A stretch of DNA of 64,000 bases from a virus (lineage: Duplodnaviria > Caudoviricetes). Below the pieces are notes generated by a model, which did no database searches, had not been told where the DNA came from, and saw nothing but the letters and a program-made list of their open reading frames with translations. Shown here in pieces: positions 35,502 to 44,392 of the stretch. Numbering within the stretch: the stretch's first letter is position 1; every line of letters begins with the position of its first letter. The stretch covers positions 26,409 through 90,408 of the IMG/VR virus record IMGVR_UViG_3300037067_009382; one strand, written 5' to 3'. The translations under genes and the position numbers were made by a program.

Positions 35502-37742
35502 CTACGAGGTTACGACGATACCTTTGATATCCTCGTTATCGATTGGAGTAGCTTTCCAACCCGCCTCGCGCAATTTAGCGGCCCTTCGACTTAAGTCGCC
35601 CTTTGTCTCACCCGAACCTGCTGCGACTACTGCAAAGTGTCCAGTCTCCTTTCCCTCGGCGTCATAAGTATGATAGGTTGAACCATATACGGTATAGCCC
35701 TTACTCGTAGAGCTATTTAGTTGGTCTGCCGCTTCCCTAGCTAAGGATTCGGCCTTATTCCGATCGAACGTCTTATGGCCCTGACCCTTTAAGTTTTCGA
35801 ATACCTTCACCTTACCAGTCTCTTCAGGACTGAGTTTGCTTGGTTCTTCCGATCCACCACGTTCTTCGGGCTTGCCATAGGTCTCTTCAAACTCTGACAA
35901 ATCCTGTTCGGCGTTACGCTTCTCCTCAGGAGTTTTGGCACCATTTATTCGTGAGACTATACTTCGGCGCTCACCACGATAATTCTGATCAGTGAAGATA
36001 GGTCGTGAAGGCTCGTAAGGCTTTCGCTCAATACTAGCGGGTTTATCACCTTCGAAGCCTCCCGTACCCTTAAAGCCTCCCTGATTAGGGTTCAGTTTGA
36101 TCTTTGCTTCACCCTCGGTTGCTTCTGGTTTTACAAATACGGTCTGAGTGAAGGTCTTTCCACCTCGGGTAACTGAAATCTTCTTCGGAACGAGACCCGC
36201 TTTGAACAATCCTTCTTGTGCACCCGAATCCTGCTTGATGACCTTCTCGTGAACCATTTCATCCTCAGCAAAGATTTGACCGTCAGCTCGGAGCACGTAT
36301 CTATGACCCTTATGGACGATTGTTGCATCACCATCTTTGGTCAACTCGACAACCTTCGCATCATCGCCAAGGCGTCGTAGAATATTTCGTTGCTCGTCGG
36401 AATAGAGTTCCTGCTTTTGCAACCAGGCGATTCTCCGGGCCTGAGCAAAGTCTTCCTCAGTCAGGTCACCCTTCATTTTGCGAATCTCGCCTAGTTCGAA
36501 TTTGAACGTCCTTACGTAGTTCTCGTCCTGCTTGAACATCTTATCCCACAGATCGTCGACTACTGAGTTGACCGCTTTCGCGACTTCCATCTCGTCGGCG
36601 GGTTCAATTATCTCGATCGGATGAACGGGTTCCTTTGCTTTTGAGCTCCTACCAGGATCTTGCGGTTGCAAGTTTGTAGGCTGAATCGGACTCATAATAT
36701 CGCTCTTCTTGATTTTGGCAACGTCAAACTCCGTCGCTTCTTGCCCAGCGGGAGTCATCGTCATCGGATGAGGTGCGATCTTCAGTCTCGATTTATCAGC
36801 AATCGCTGGGCGGGTTTTACTCGGAGGGACTGCCCCTCCCTCTCTCACGGTTTCGTTTGGTGCGTCACTCTTCATTATCTGGGAGAGTCTAACTGAAGCA
36901 CCACTGTTGTGATTGACACTCTTTTCGACACTCTTCAGTTTCGTATAGTAATCAGGAACTTCTCTCAAGTGGGCGTAAGCGATCTTCGCTGTCTCTTTCG
37001 GATCACCATGAGTGACATCCTTATGCTCAGTCTCGACCTTCATCCCCATCTTAAATTCGTCGAAGTTATATCGATTGAAGTTAATGCCGATTGACTGCCC
37101 AAGCTTGTACAGCTCGTCATCAGACATCTTTGCTAATTTCACTCCCGGATCGATCACTCCGAATTTAGTCGCTCCCGGAGGTTGGCTTGGAGTCTGGATT
37201 GTCCCATTAACTCTTACGCCATCAAAGGTAGCAACGTCAGGAGGTGCATTAGTCCCCTCCCTTGACGTATCGGGTTCGGCTGAAACACCCACCTTCTCTT
37301 CAGGTTCCTGTTTCCTGAGGTGAAGGTTGTCGATCGCTTTATTGATAAGCGCTTCAGCATCGAGGGGCACGTCCTCCTTTCCAATAAACGATCCTTCTTG
37401 CGCTGGCATCTTCATATGCCCTAACGCTGTTCGCTTTATCGGTTCGGCTGGTTCAATTCCTGGTGTCATTTGAGGTATGGGAACAAACGATGATGGATCC
37501 TTTTTCTTAATGGATCGCCCACCAGTCCTCAGAACGAGTGATTTGATCAACGCAGCCTCTTCTGACTTCAGAACAAACAGTTCCGCTATCTCGTCTTCGT
37601 TCATCTTCTCCATCTTGTGTCCTCCCCATCCAGAAGCATATGCGGCGGCTTCTTGGGCGCGTGCTTCACCTTCGGTTTCAAATTCACCGTGACCTTCGCC
37701 CCATTTCCACTTTCCCGTTGCTTTATCTTGATGTACAGGCAT
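35502..37742 (-). CDS. Large head-associated multidomain protein containing a DUF5661-like domain
   Basis: FKMGMKVETEH...TAKIAYAHLREVPDYYTKL; shared tag VTRGGKTFTQTVFVKP. Confidence 0.65.
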   Translation of the reverse strand: MPVHQDKATGKWKWGEGHGEFETEGEARAQEAAAYASGWGGHKMEKMNEDEIAELFVLKSEEAALIKSLVLRTGGRSIKKKDPSSFVPIPQMTPGIEPAEPIKRTALGHMKMPAQEGSFIGKEDVPLDAEALINKAIDNLHLRKQEPEEKVGVSAEPDTSREGTNAPPDVATFDGVRVNGTIQTPSQPPGATKFGVIDPGVKLAKMSDDELYKLGQSIGINFNRYNFDEFKMGMKVETEHKDVTHGDPKETAKIAYAHLREVPDYYTKLKSVEKSVNHNSGASVRLSQIMKSDAPNETVREGGAVPPSKTRPAIADKSRLKIAPHPMTMTPAGQEATEFDVAKIKKSDIMSPIQPTNLQPQDPGRSSKAKEPVHPIEIIEPADEMEVAKAVNSVVDDLWDKMFKQDENYVRTFKFELGEIRKMKGDLTEEDFAQARRIAWLQKQELYSDEQRNILRRLGDDAKVVELTKDGDATIVHKGHRYVLRADGQIFAEDEMVHEKVIKQDSGAQEGLFKAGLVPKKISVTRGGKTFTQTVFVKPEATEGEAKIKLNPNQGGFKGTGGFEGDKPASIERKPYEPSRPIFTDQNYRGERRSIVSRINGAKTPEEKRNAEQDLSEFEETYGKPEERGGSEEPSKLSPEETGKVKVFENLKGQGHKTFDRNKAESLAREAADQLNSSTSKGYTVYGSTYHTYDAEGKETGHFAVVAAGSGETKGDLSRRAAKLREAGWKATPIDNEDIKGIVVTS

Positions 37743-37763
37743 AATGCACCTCCCGTGCTTCCC

Positions 37764-38603
37764 TTATGTTCCAAATCTCGGTGTTCTTACTATTCCACAC
37801 CTCTGATGATAAATGTCACTTGTTTCCGAATCCGGTATTGTTTCCGCTCCTGGAAGTTGTAAGTTGAGAGCGGTGCGTTTCGTCGGATCTCTCCACATCT
37901 GCTGGATCTGGCTAAAGGAGTATGGTCCACCCTGTGCGAAGACGCGACTTATCGGTTTCGTACGTTGATCAATCTTTGCTACCCAGTGGTAGTCATAATT
38001 ATCCTTCTCGGGATCACTTTCCCAAGCGAGTAATCGCCCTTCACCTGATAGCTTTGCCATCTCGGTTCTGACGATCCTCTGGATTCTCCAATCCGCATCC
38101 TCATCAACAAACTTCTTCATCTCCAAGGTCATTCGTTGTAGATCCGGCGGAGTAGTTGCAAACGCATCTGTAATTACCCGTTCGAACTGCTGTCGAGCTT
38201 CGTTAGCGAAGGTAGTCAGTGCTGGGATGAACCCTGTAGGTGTTTCAGTCAGGACTTTCATCACCATTGTATCTCTGGTGGGAGATGGTTGATAGCCTCC
38301 CTCACGCATACCTTGCTGAATTCCCGCATCCATTAGCGCTTTGAGTACCGTACGGGAATCTTCATCGGCAGTTCTTCTCCAGACATCGATTTCCTTTCGT
38401 ACCGCATCTACTGCTTGTGCCTTTGACATCCAGGGCTTAATCACTCGAGTTAAATCAGCTACCCGAGTATTGAACAACTTAAATACCAGCGAGTTAAGCT
38501 GGTCTCCTAACTTTATAGTTCCATAGGGATGGTTACTCGTATTTGCTTTCGAGAGTAGCATTGACTGCATCCCGTAACCTGATTGACCCCCACCACCCTG
38601 CAA
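37764..38603 (-). CDS. MuF/SPP1 gp7-like head morphogenesis protein (possibly the C-terminal part of a portal fusion)
   Basis: RIQRIVRTEMAK, YHWVAKIDQRT, HQRCG; frame stays open upstream of 38603 and has no convincing RBS. Confidence 0.8.
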   Translation of the reverse strand: MQGGGGQSGYGMQSMLLSKANTSNHPYGTIKLGDQLNSLVFKLFNTRVADLTRVIKPWMSKAQAVDAVRKEIDVWRRTADEDSRTVLKALMDAGIQQGMREGGYQPSPTRDTMVMKVLTETPTGFIPALTTFANEARQQFERVITDAFATTPPDLQRMTLEMKKFVDEDADWRIQRIVRTEMAKLSGEGRLLAWESDPEKDNYDYHWVAKIDQRTKPISRVFAQGGPYSFSQIQQMWRDPTKRTALNLQLPGAETIPDSETSDIYHQRCGIVRTPRFGT

Positions 38604-40351
38604 ATCGCCTTGACCACTTTCAGCTCCCTCAGTTCCTTCAACCGGTACATTTTGAGCTCCGCTGGAGGTTGAGGCATTTCTCCTGGTCCAGGTGCGGCAG
38701 GACCCGCTTCTCCACCAAATGGAGTTCCGGTACCACCAGGCATTCCAGCTCCCTCTGTACCCATTGTCGGTCCCATAAGAGCGTTTGCCTCTCCCGCACG
38801 TTTGCCTTCACCAGAGAATACGAACTCGCCCTTAGATGTAAGTTTAGCGGTAAAGCCCATCTGTACGAGTGTATTTGCATATGTAGCCTTAGAGTTCTTA
38901 ACGCGCCAGGCATTCTCTTCCGATTGCTCCTCGGGTGTTACTAGGTGCAAGAAGTAATCGTTAATGCCATATGCCTCACAGAACTTAGGCAATACCTTTT
39001 CATTATATATAGTCTGGGCTGACTCAACAACACGTGCCTGCACGACTAACTGCACTTCAGATATAGACGCACCTCTCATGTCACCAGGGGCACCTTGGAA
39101 GATTGCAGTCACTCCGTAAAGACCAGCAACGCGTTGGCGTATCTCATCCCTGATGGGAAGATAGTCGAGTTCCTCTAATGTGTAACCAAGTTTGACCCAC
39201 TCTACTCTCCCATGGCCTGTTTGACTCTCGATTGCCATAATCGGTATGTAGTGCGGATTCTGTTCGAGCTCCATCGTCCACTCACGACGCTTCTCTTCGA
39301 TCGCTTCTGCGTTCTCGGAAATGATTCCAAGAATACCTACTGGGAGTTGCCTCTCGTAGAAGTAATCGTACAAGAACCTATCCATACCGATGAGTGTAAG
39401 TGCCTTCTCGTAGACGGAGAAGATTGGTGAATACCCGTAGGTCTTGCTCGGACTGTACTTAGAGTAGTGGATAACTTCATCGCGAGTGTAGTAAAGCATT
39501 TTCCCACGGTAGCGTACTTTATACATCGCAGGAACAAGTTGAGCGCCACACATAATTTTCTGTCCGTCAGAGTCAACTTCTTGAGAGCACGTTTCTCCTG
39601 CCTTTCCCACGTGATCGCGATGGCGTAAGCAGAACCAGGTATTCTGATCTGGATAGCCGTTCGTGTCGAGATCGAACTCCGTAAAGATAGGATCGAGGCG
39701 CTCAATTGAATCAACGCGGGCTCTTTGAACCTGACCATGCTCGTCCAGTTGGTAAGTCTTTGCCATCAGAAGGAAAGCATCATCAACGATCTGTACGTCG
39801 TCCTCACCCTCTTTCAGGACGTCAACAAAGGATTGACCGAACTTGTTAACTTCCTTGAAGTGTGCATTGATGCGCTTTAGCTCTTTCGGATTGGGTTCAC
39901 GCGTTAGTGAGTTACAGGTCGGACAGACTTTTACGTCTTCCTGAAATTCCTGTTCACAATTATCGTTCGTACACTTCGATATAAACTTCGGTACGAACGT
40001 TACACCCCTCCGGAAAATCTCATTCCTCAGGTTAAGTGTAGCTGTTCGAATGTCCGAGACGTTAAACGCAATAGTATACAGGTCATCCAGAGCACGCCTT
40101 CTCTGGAAGTAACGTTGTCTGCGTTCGCGGTAGCTAAACTCGTCAACCCCTAGATAGCCCGTTTTTGCGAAGCTCGACTTGATATGAACGGGCGACCCAC
40201 CACTTATGGTTTGGCCATTAAGACCCATTACAGGTAGTTGAGTCGCGTCTGCTAGACGCTGTATCTCGTCTCCCTGCTGTTTTATGATCGTATTGGCTTC
40301 GTCCAACGTCCTGGGAGGGGCTGGCTTCTCTTGTTTTATTACCTTAGCCAT
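38513..40351 (-). CDS. Portal protein
   Basis: Follows terminase; DDAFLLM, EVIHYSKY, YGYSPI, FYERQLP.GIL, IRQRVAGLYGV patterns. Confidence 0.88.
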   Translation of the reverse strand: MAKVIKQEKPAPPRTLDEANTIIKQQGDEIQRLADATQLPVMGLNGQTISGGSPVHIKSSFAKTGYLGVDEFSYRERRQRYFQRRRALDDLYTIAFNVSDIRTATLNLRNEIFRRGVTFVPKFISKCTNDNCEQEFQEDVKVCPTCNSLTREPNPKELKRINAHFKEVNKFGQSFVDVLKEGEDDVQIVDDAFLLMAKTYQLDEHGQVQRARVDSIERLDPIFTEFDLDTNGYPDQNTWFCLRHRDHVGKAGETCSQEVDSDGQKIMCGAQLVPAMYKVRYRGKMLYYTRDEVIHYSKYSPSKTYGYSPIFSVYEKALTLIGMDRFLYDYFYERQLPVGILGIISENAEAIEEKRREWTMELEQNPHYIPIMAIESQTGHGRVEWVKLGYTLEELDYLPIRDEIRQRVAGLYGVTAIFQGAPGDMRGASISEVQLVVQARVVESAQTIYNEKVLPKFCEAYGINDYFLHLVTPEEQSEENAWRVKNSKATYANTLVQMGFTAKLTSKGEFVFSGEGKRAGEANALMGPTMGTEGAGMPGGTGTPFGGEAGPAAPGPGEMPQPPAELKMYRLKELRELKVVKAICRVVGVNQVTGCSQCYSRKQIRVTIPMEL

Positions 40352-41210
40352 TCTCTGCTCCTAAAACTGCTTTAGCTCTCCGAAGAGCATCGTGTGCCCT
40401 CATCTGGGCGTTCACAGCTCTGTCGTAATCATTTTTATAGTACCTGACCTCACTCTTTGGGACGCGATACTCCATATGCTGCCAGGTATCGCGTGTTTGT
40501 TTTACACTCTCGTCTGAACTCTTTTGTTCGCGCTCGAGCGTCTCAAAGATTTCCTTTTTGTCCCCATCGTTCAAGTAAGAGAAATTCGGATTAACCTGTA
40601 CGGTAGAATGTTCCTCGTCAAACGATACCTTATAGAGACCGTGCTGGTTGATAGACTCCGCTAGCCTCTTTAGTTTGGCATTAACTTCTGGCTTTTGCCT
40701 ATCCCGAGATTCCTTCGTAGCCCACTCATGGAAATTCCAGGTGATAGTTGCACCACCATTATCTTTTGAGCGCACATCAGCTCCTGTGGAAGAGTGGCCC
40801 CACCCTTTTACACGATCACTTGCTATCCAGGTAGAGATCGGTACGTTGACCTTTGACGCTGCGAGTTTAACATCTCCCGCAGTCCTCGTATATATGCGGT
40901 TCCCTATAATAGCACCCTTAAGGGTATTTGCAAACTTCGAGCGGATCTTTTCTTGTGCGTCTAGTTGCTTTTCGCGTGGATCAGTCTCGGCAGGTTTTAT
41001 TGAGGTCGGTTGGGCTTCACCCGTCGGTTTCTGTCCCATCGCCTCCGCTTGCTTTGCACTCACCCAGAACGTTTGTACGGTCTGTTTTCCTCCACGCACG
41101 ATCGTCTTCTGAACCTTTACCTTTCCAGCTGACGACCAATCAACTTTCTGAAGGAGTGCGTTCTGTTCTGATTTTGCTACAATCAGTTGGGCTACTTCAT
41201 TTTCGTTCAT
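40344..41210 (-). CDS. Head-associated hypothetical protein with N-terminal shared tag
   Basis: KVKVQKTIVRGGKQTVQTFWVSA near the N-terminus; lies between TerL and portal. Confidence 0.6.
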   Translation of the reverse strand: MNENEVAQLIVAKSEQNALLQKVDWSSAGKVKVQKTIVRGGKQTVQTFWVSAKQAEAMGQKPTGEAQPTSIKPAETDPREKQLDAQEKIRSKFANTLKGAIIGNRIYTRTAGDVKLAASKVNVPISTWIASDRVKGWGHSSTGADVRSKDNGGATITWNFHEWATKESRDRQKPEVNAKLKRLAESINQHGLYKVSFDEEHSTVQVNPNFSYLNDGDKKEIFETLEREQKSSDESVKQTRDTWQHMEYRVPKSEVRYYKNDYDRAVNAQMRAHDALRRAKAVLGAENG

Positions 41211-42754
41211 ATCAGTGAAGACCTCCGCGTGAATCTACTTCTGGGATTCCTCCGTGAAGCAAGCTCGCGTGAGCGACTGTTAAACACTTCACCTAGACTC
41301 CCCACTATTCTTGCGCCCCCAGTTTTCGTTCCCTGCTTCTTTCGAATAGGTTCGGACGCAAACCAACTTGCCATCAAAATATCTTTTGACCTACCGATTG
41401 GGTAAGTCTCCATTTCCTCTAACCATAGACAGATCGGGCATTGGCACGCAAATGAGTGATTTCCAGCTCTCGGGATAATCCAACCGCTCTGCTCGAACTC
41501 GAGTGAAAGGCCAGGTAGACCCGTTTCGGGATCAGCCTTACTTAATGTCGTGAAGGGCTTGATCAGCATCTTCTTCTCGGGATCGAACTCGTGCATCCAC
41601 TGAATTAGTGTCTGCTGATAGGCGTTGTTTTCAACCATTGTTATCTTCGGAGACCACTTATCGTTGATCTTAAACAGTTCCCTTACCGTCTGGGGGGCAG
41701 TCATACGCTTTCGAACTATTTCGAGCGGAATACGTTTCCGTCGCACTGCGTCCCAAGCGATTACGAATATGACCGTATACGCAGCGTCGGTCGAAGTTCC
41801 AACAGCAAGGTCAACTCCCACGTATCGTGGAAGCTCGAATATCCACGGGTACATCTTCCCGAACTCGAGTGAGGTATCAAAACAGTTACTCAGTAGTGGC
41901 TCAAGTGGGAACAATGTCTCGTCAGCGGATAGAGCAACGTTCAAGAACTGCCTCTGGAATTCGCGTTCTCCAATCTCGCCCATACGTTTCATAAGTTGCT
42001 CGAGACTCCATTTGCTTCCCCACAGTGGTCTACCATCATCCTGAATCGCCTTGTACACTTTGCTATAGTACGCTGGATTGCCCATTAACTCGTGTGTCAG
42101 GTCATCCAAATGCCAAGCAGTGCCAATATAAATCATACGCCCTTCTGGCTCGAGCAGGTTAATCCAAACTGAGTAGAAGGTCTTCTTCACGACTTTCCTC
42201 ATCGCAGGATATTGAATTGCGTTTCGGAAGTCGATAGGGTCATCAAATACCTCTAGGTCGGCCCGTCCACCTGTAGCGGTTGACGTGATACCTAATGCCT
42301 CAACAGAAGCATCAGCCATGACCTTCGAGCGTTCCACTATGATCTTGTGCTTCGTCCATGTGCCCTCCAGTGCTGGTTTTAGGGCAGGAAACACTTTATG
42401 CAATCGCTCGTTCTTGCGAAGGTTATCGGAGATTTCAAATAATCTGTCTGCTGCTTTTTCATCCGACTGGGCTATCAGTTTGATTCTCAAGTCATGGTTC
42501 TTTCCTAACTCCCACAGCACTCTAGCAATTGAGAGTTGAGATGACTTGCCGTGATCACGTGGCCCGAGTATGAGTGCTTTCGGGTGGCCCGTCGGATTCC
42601 ACTCGGGATGATAAAATATGCCTTGCCACTCTTCGTGGAAGTCTTGTTGATCCCACTGCATAACATAACGACAGAAGTCATTCGGATTCTCTCGAGCGAG
42701 AAGGATCTGAATGTCCTCTTCGAGTACACTTAAACTTGCTACGGTCTCAACCAT
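41207..42754 (-). CDS. terL: Terminase large subunit
   Basis: Walker A GPRDHGKS, TGGRAD, Walker B EVFDDP, IGTAWH, nuclease GVDLA and KDILMA. Confidence 0.93.
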   Translation of the reverse strand: MVETVASLSVLEEDIQILLARENPNDFCRYVMQWDQQDFHEEWQGIFYHPEWNPTGHPKALILGPRDHGKSSQLSIARVLWELGKNHDLRIKLIAQSDEKAADRLFEISDNLRKNERLHKVFPALKPALEGTWTKHKIIVERSKVMADASVEALGITSTATGGRADLEVFDDPIDFRNAIQYPAMRKVVKKTFYSVWINLLEPEGRMIYIGTAWHLDDLTHELMGNPAYYSKVYKAIQDDGRPLWGSKWSLEQLMKRMGEIGEREFQRQFLNVALSADETLFPLEPLLSNCFDTSLEFGKMYPWIFELPRYVGVDLAVGTSTDAAYTVIFVIAWDAVRRKRIPLEIVRKRMTAPQTVRELFKINDKWSPKITMVENNAYQQTLIQWMHEFDPEKKMLIKPFTTLSKADPETGLPGLSLEFEQSGWIIPRAGNHSFACQCPICLWLEEMETYPIGRSKDILMASWFASEPIRKKQGTKTGGARIVGSLGEVFNSRSRELASRRNPRSRFTRRSSLI

Positions 42755-42762
42755 TCGGTCTC

Positions 42763-43278
42763 CTAATTCGCGTTAGGTTCCTCGGGTACTAGCAGCGCGG
42801 ATTTTCTCCTTCTGGCTTCCTCGAGCATATCTCTCAGGTCAGCGGGAGTACACTTCTCGAGCTTCTTCCTTCTCTCCTCGTCAGTAGCCTCACTCCTGGA
42901 AGTAGGTTCGCCAAGGAGCAGTTGATAGTACTTGCCCACTTCTATACGCAATCTCGCGAGCCTCGAGAATTCAGCGGAATCGGCTGCGAGTGTATTTGAT
43001 TCGTCTTTTTGCTTTTTGGACGGAAGCAGAACTTCGTCCATGCGCCTTATGAGATCAGCAACGGTTTGAGTCTCACGTTGCTTGAGAATTTGGATCTTGG
43101 TGAAGTCAACTATAACCCCATCGCGCTCTAGCCTCGAGGGCCACTGTAGATCCTTTGCCTTGTAAAGTATCTCTTCTCTGGTGGGCATGTTTGGTATCCC
43201 AGAGTCAAGCATTTCATCGATGTCGCCAGCGCATCTTCGGTAGAGTTGGTAGAGTGCGTCATTACTTAACTCGGTCAC
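42763..43278 (-). CDS. Terminase small subunit (putative)
   Basis: Directly upstream of TerL; N-terminal HTH-like LYQLY...W..R and C-terminal LLLGEPTSR. Confidence 0.6.
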   Translation of the reverse strand: MTELSNDALYQLYRRCAGDIDEMLDSGIPNMPTREEILYKAKDLQWPSRLERDGVIVDFTKIQILKQRETQTVADLIRRMDEVLLPSKKQKDESNTLAADSAEFSRLARLRIEVGKYYQLLLGEPTSRSEATDEERRKKLEKCTPADLRDMLEEARRRKSALLVPEEPNAN

Positions 43279-43307
43279 GATATCCCTCCATCTGTCTCTT
43301 CTATTAT

Positions 43308-43336
43308 ATTATACGGGAGACCCTTGGCCAAAACAA
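43308..43336 (-). promoter_or_regulatory. Putative late promoter for packaging/head operon
   Basis: TTGTTT-17-TATAAT. Confidence 0.55.
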
Positions 43337-43354
43337 GACGTGACCGAGTGTTTT

Positions 43355-43687
43355 TCAGTTCTTTATGCAGGATAATACGTGTTCGGCAATTTCTCGTGTA
43401 CTTGTCTCAGGAGAGAATAGTAAATCAAACGCGACGTTACCTACACACGTGTTGCCCTTAACAATTCGGATCTTGTTTTCGTTCCACAAGACTTCAACTT
43501 TACAATGTGTCTTGCTTATCGCGAGCAAATCGTGAATAGCCTTCGCCTTCGACAGAATCGTCTCCTCGCGATCAAGAACCGCTTGCATGTGTTTGGGCGT
43601 TTTGTGGAAGCGGAGTTGAAGTCGCTCCCACCAATTTCTTGCCCATGCAGGTCTCTCAGGTACGCCGATTTGAATTACGTCACTCAT
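43355..43687 (-). CDS. Hypothetical protein
   Basis: 110 aa, operonic spacing. Confidence 0.55.
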   Translation of the reverse strand: MSDVIQIGVPERPAWARNWWERLQLRFHKTPKHMQAVLDREETILSKAKAIHDLLAISKTHCKVEVLWNENKIRIVKGNTCVGNVAFDLLFSPETSTREIAEHVLSCIKN

Positions 43688-43697
43688 GTGCCTACCC

Positions 43698-44144
43698 TCA
43701 CTCGTCTAACTTTGTACCATACTTCTCGTCAGCACGACCAGCAAGATAAGCGGAATGCATCGCTGCACGAACTTCTGGACTCATCTCGAACTTCGTTTCG
43801 CCATGAGGCATCATGTGCCAAACTACTTCGAGTCTTTCATCCAGGGTGGGATACTTCGGAGGCTCAAGATTGAGTACCTCGGCTGAAGGGTGTCCTTTCG
43901 CTCGAATGAACGCTGCATACATCTTATCAGGATGACGGTGTGCAAATGAATCGCACTTGCCATCTTTCGTCAGGACGATATTTTTGCGATCGCACTTATT
44001 CTGAAACACCATTGGAAAAGCTGGAGTCCACCCCACCTCTCGAGTTGCCTCAATAGGAACGGGATCGTTTAGCTTCACGCAATGGAGACAATGTGTTTGG
44101 TTGCACAAAACAACTCCGGGTCTTATTTCTTCCGCCATGGCCAA
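43698..44144 (-). CDS. Hypothetical protein with Cys cluster
   Basis: CNQTHCLHC...C...C. Confidence 0.55.
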   Translation of the reverse strand: MAMAEEIRPGVVLCNQTHCLHCVKLNDPVPIEATREVGWTPAFPMVFQNKCDRKNIVLTKDGKCDSFAHRHPDKMYAAFIRAKGHPSAEVLNLEPPKYPTLDERLEVVWHMMPHGETKFEMSPEVRAAMHSAYLAGRADEKYGTKLDE

Positions 44145-44392
44145 AAACTCCTTCTAGACTTTTTCGTCTGGGGCAGGCTCGACTGCTGTAATGCCTTCAA
44201 ACCGCTTGCTATCATCTGGGAGAATGTTTGATAGTGCTCGAGCGACATCAGCATCGCTGTTTCCAGTTTCACGTTCTTGAGCATCATGCTCGGGTTCGGC
44301 TCCAACTCTATTTCCACTACCAGGTCCGGGTTCGGAGTCTTGTCGAACACTTTCACTCGGCGGGTTTTGAACTCTATGACTTCCGTTTCCAT
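44123..44392 (-). CDS. Hypothetical protein
   Basis: AAGGAG RBS, METEVIEFK...; overlapped by the 3' end of 44154..45113. Confidence 0.6.
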   Translation of the reverse strand: METEVIEFKTRRVKVFDKTPNPDLVVEIELEPNPSMMLKNVKLETAMLMSLEHYQTFSQMIASGLKALQQSSLPQTKKSRRSFWPWRKK

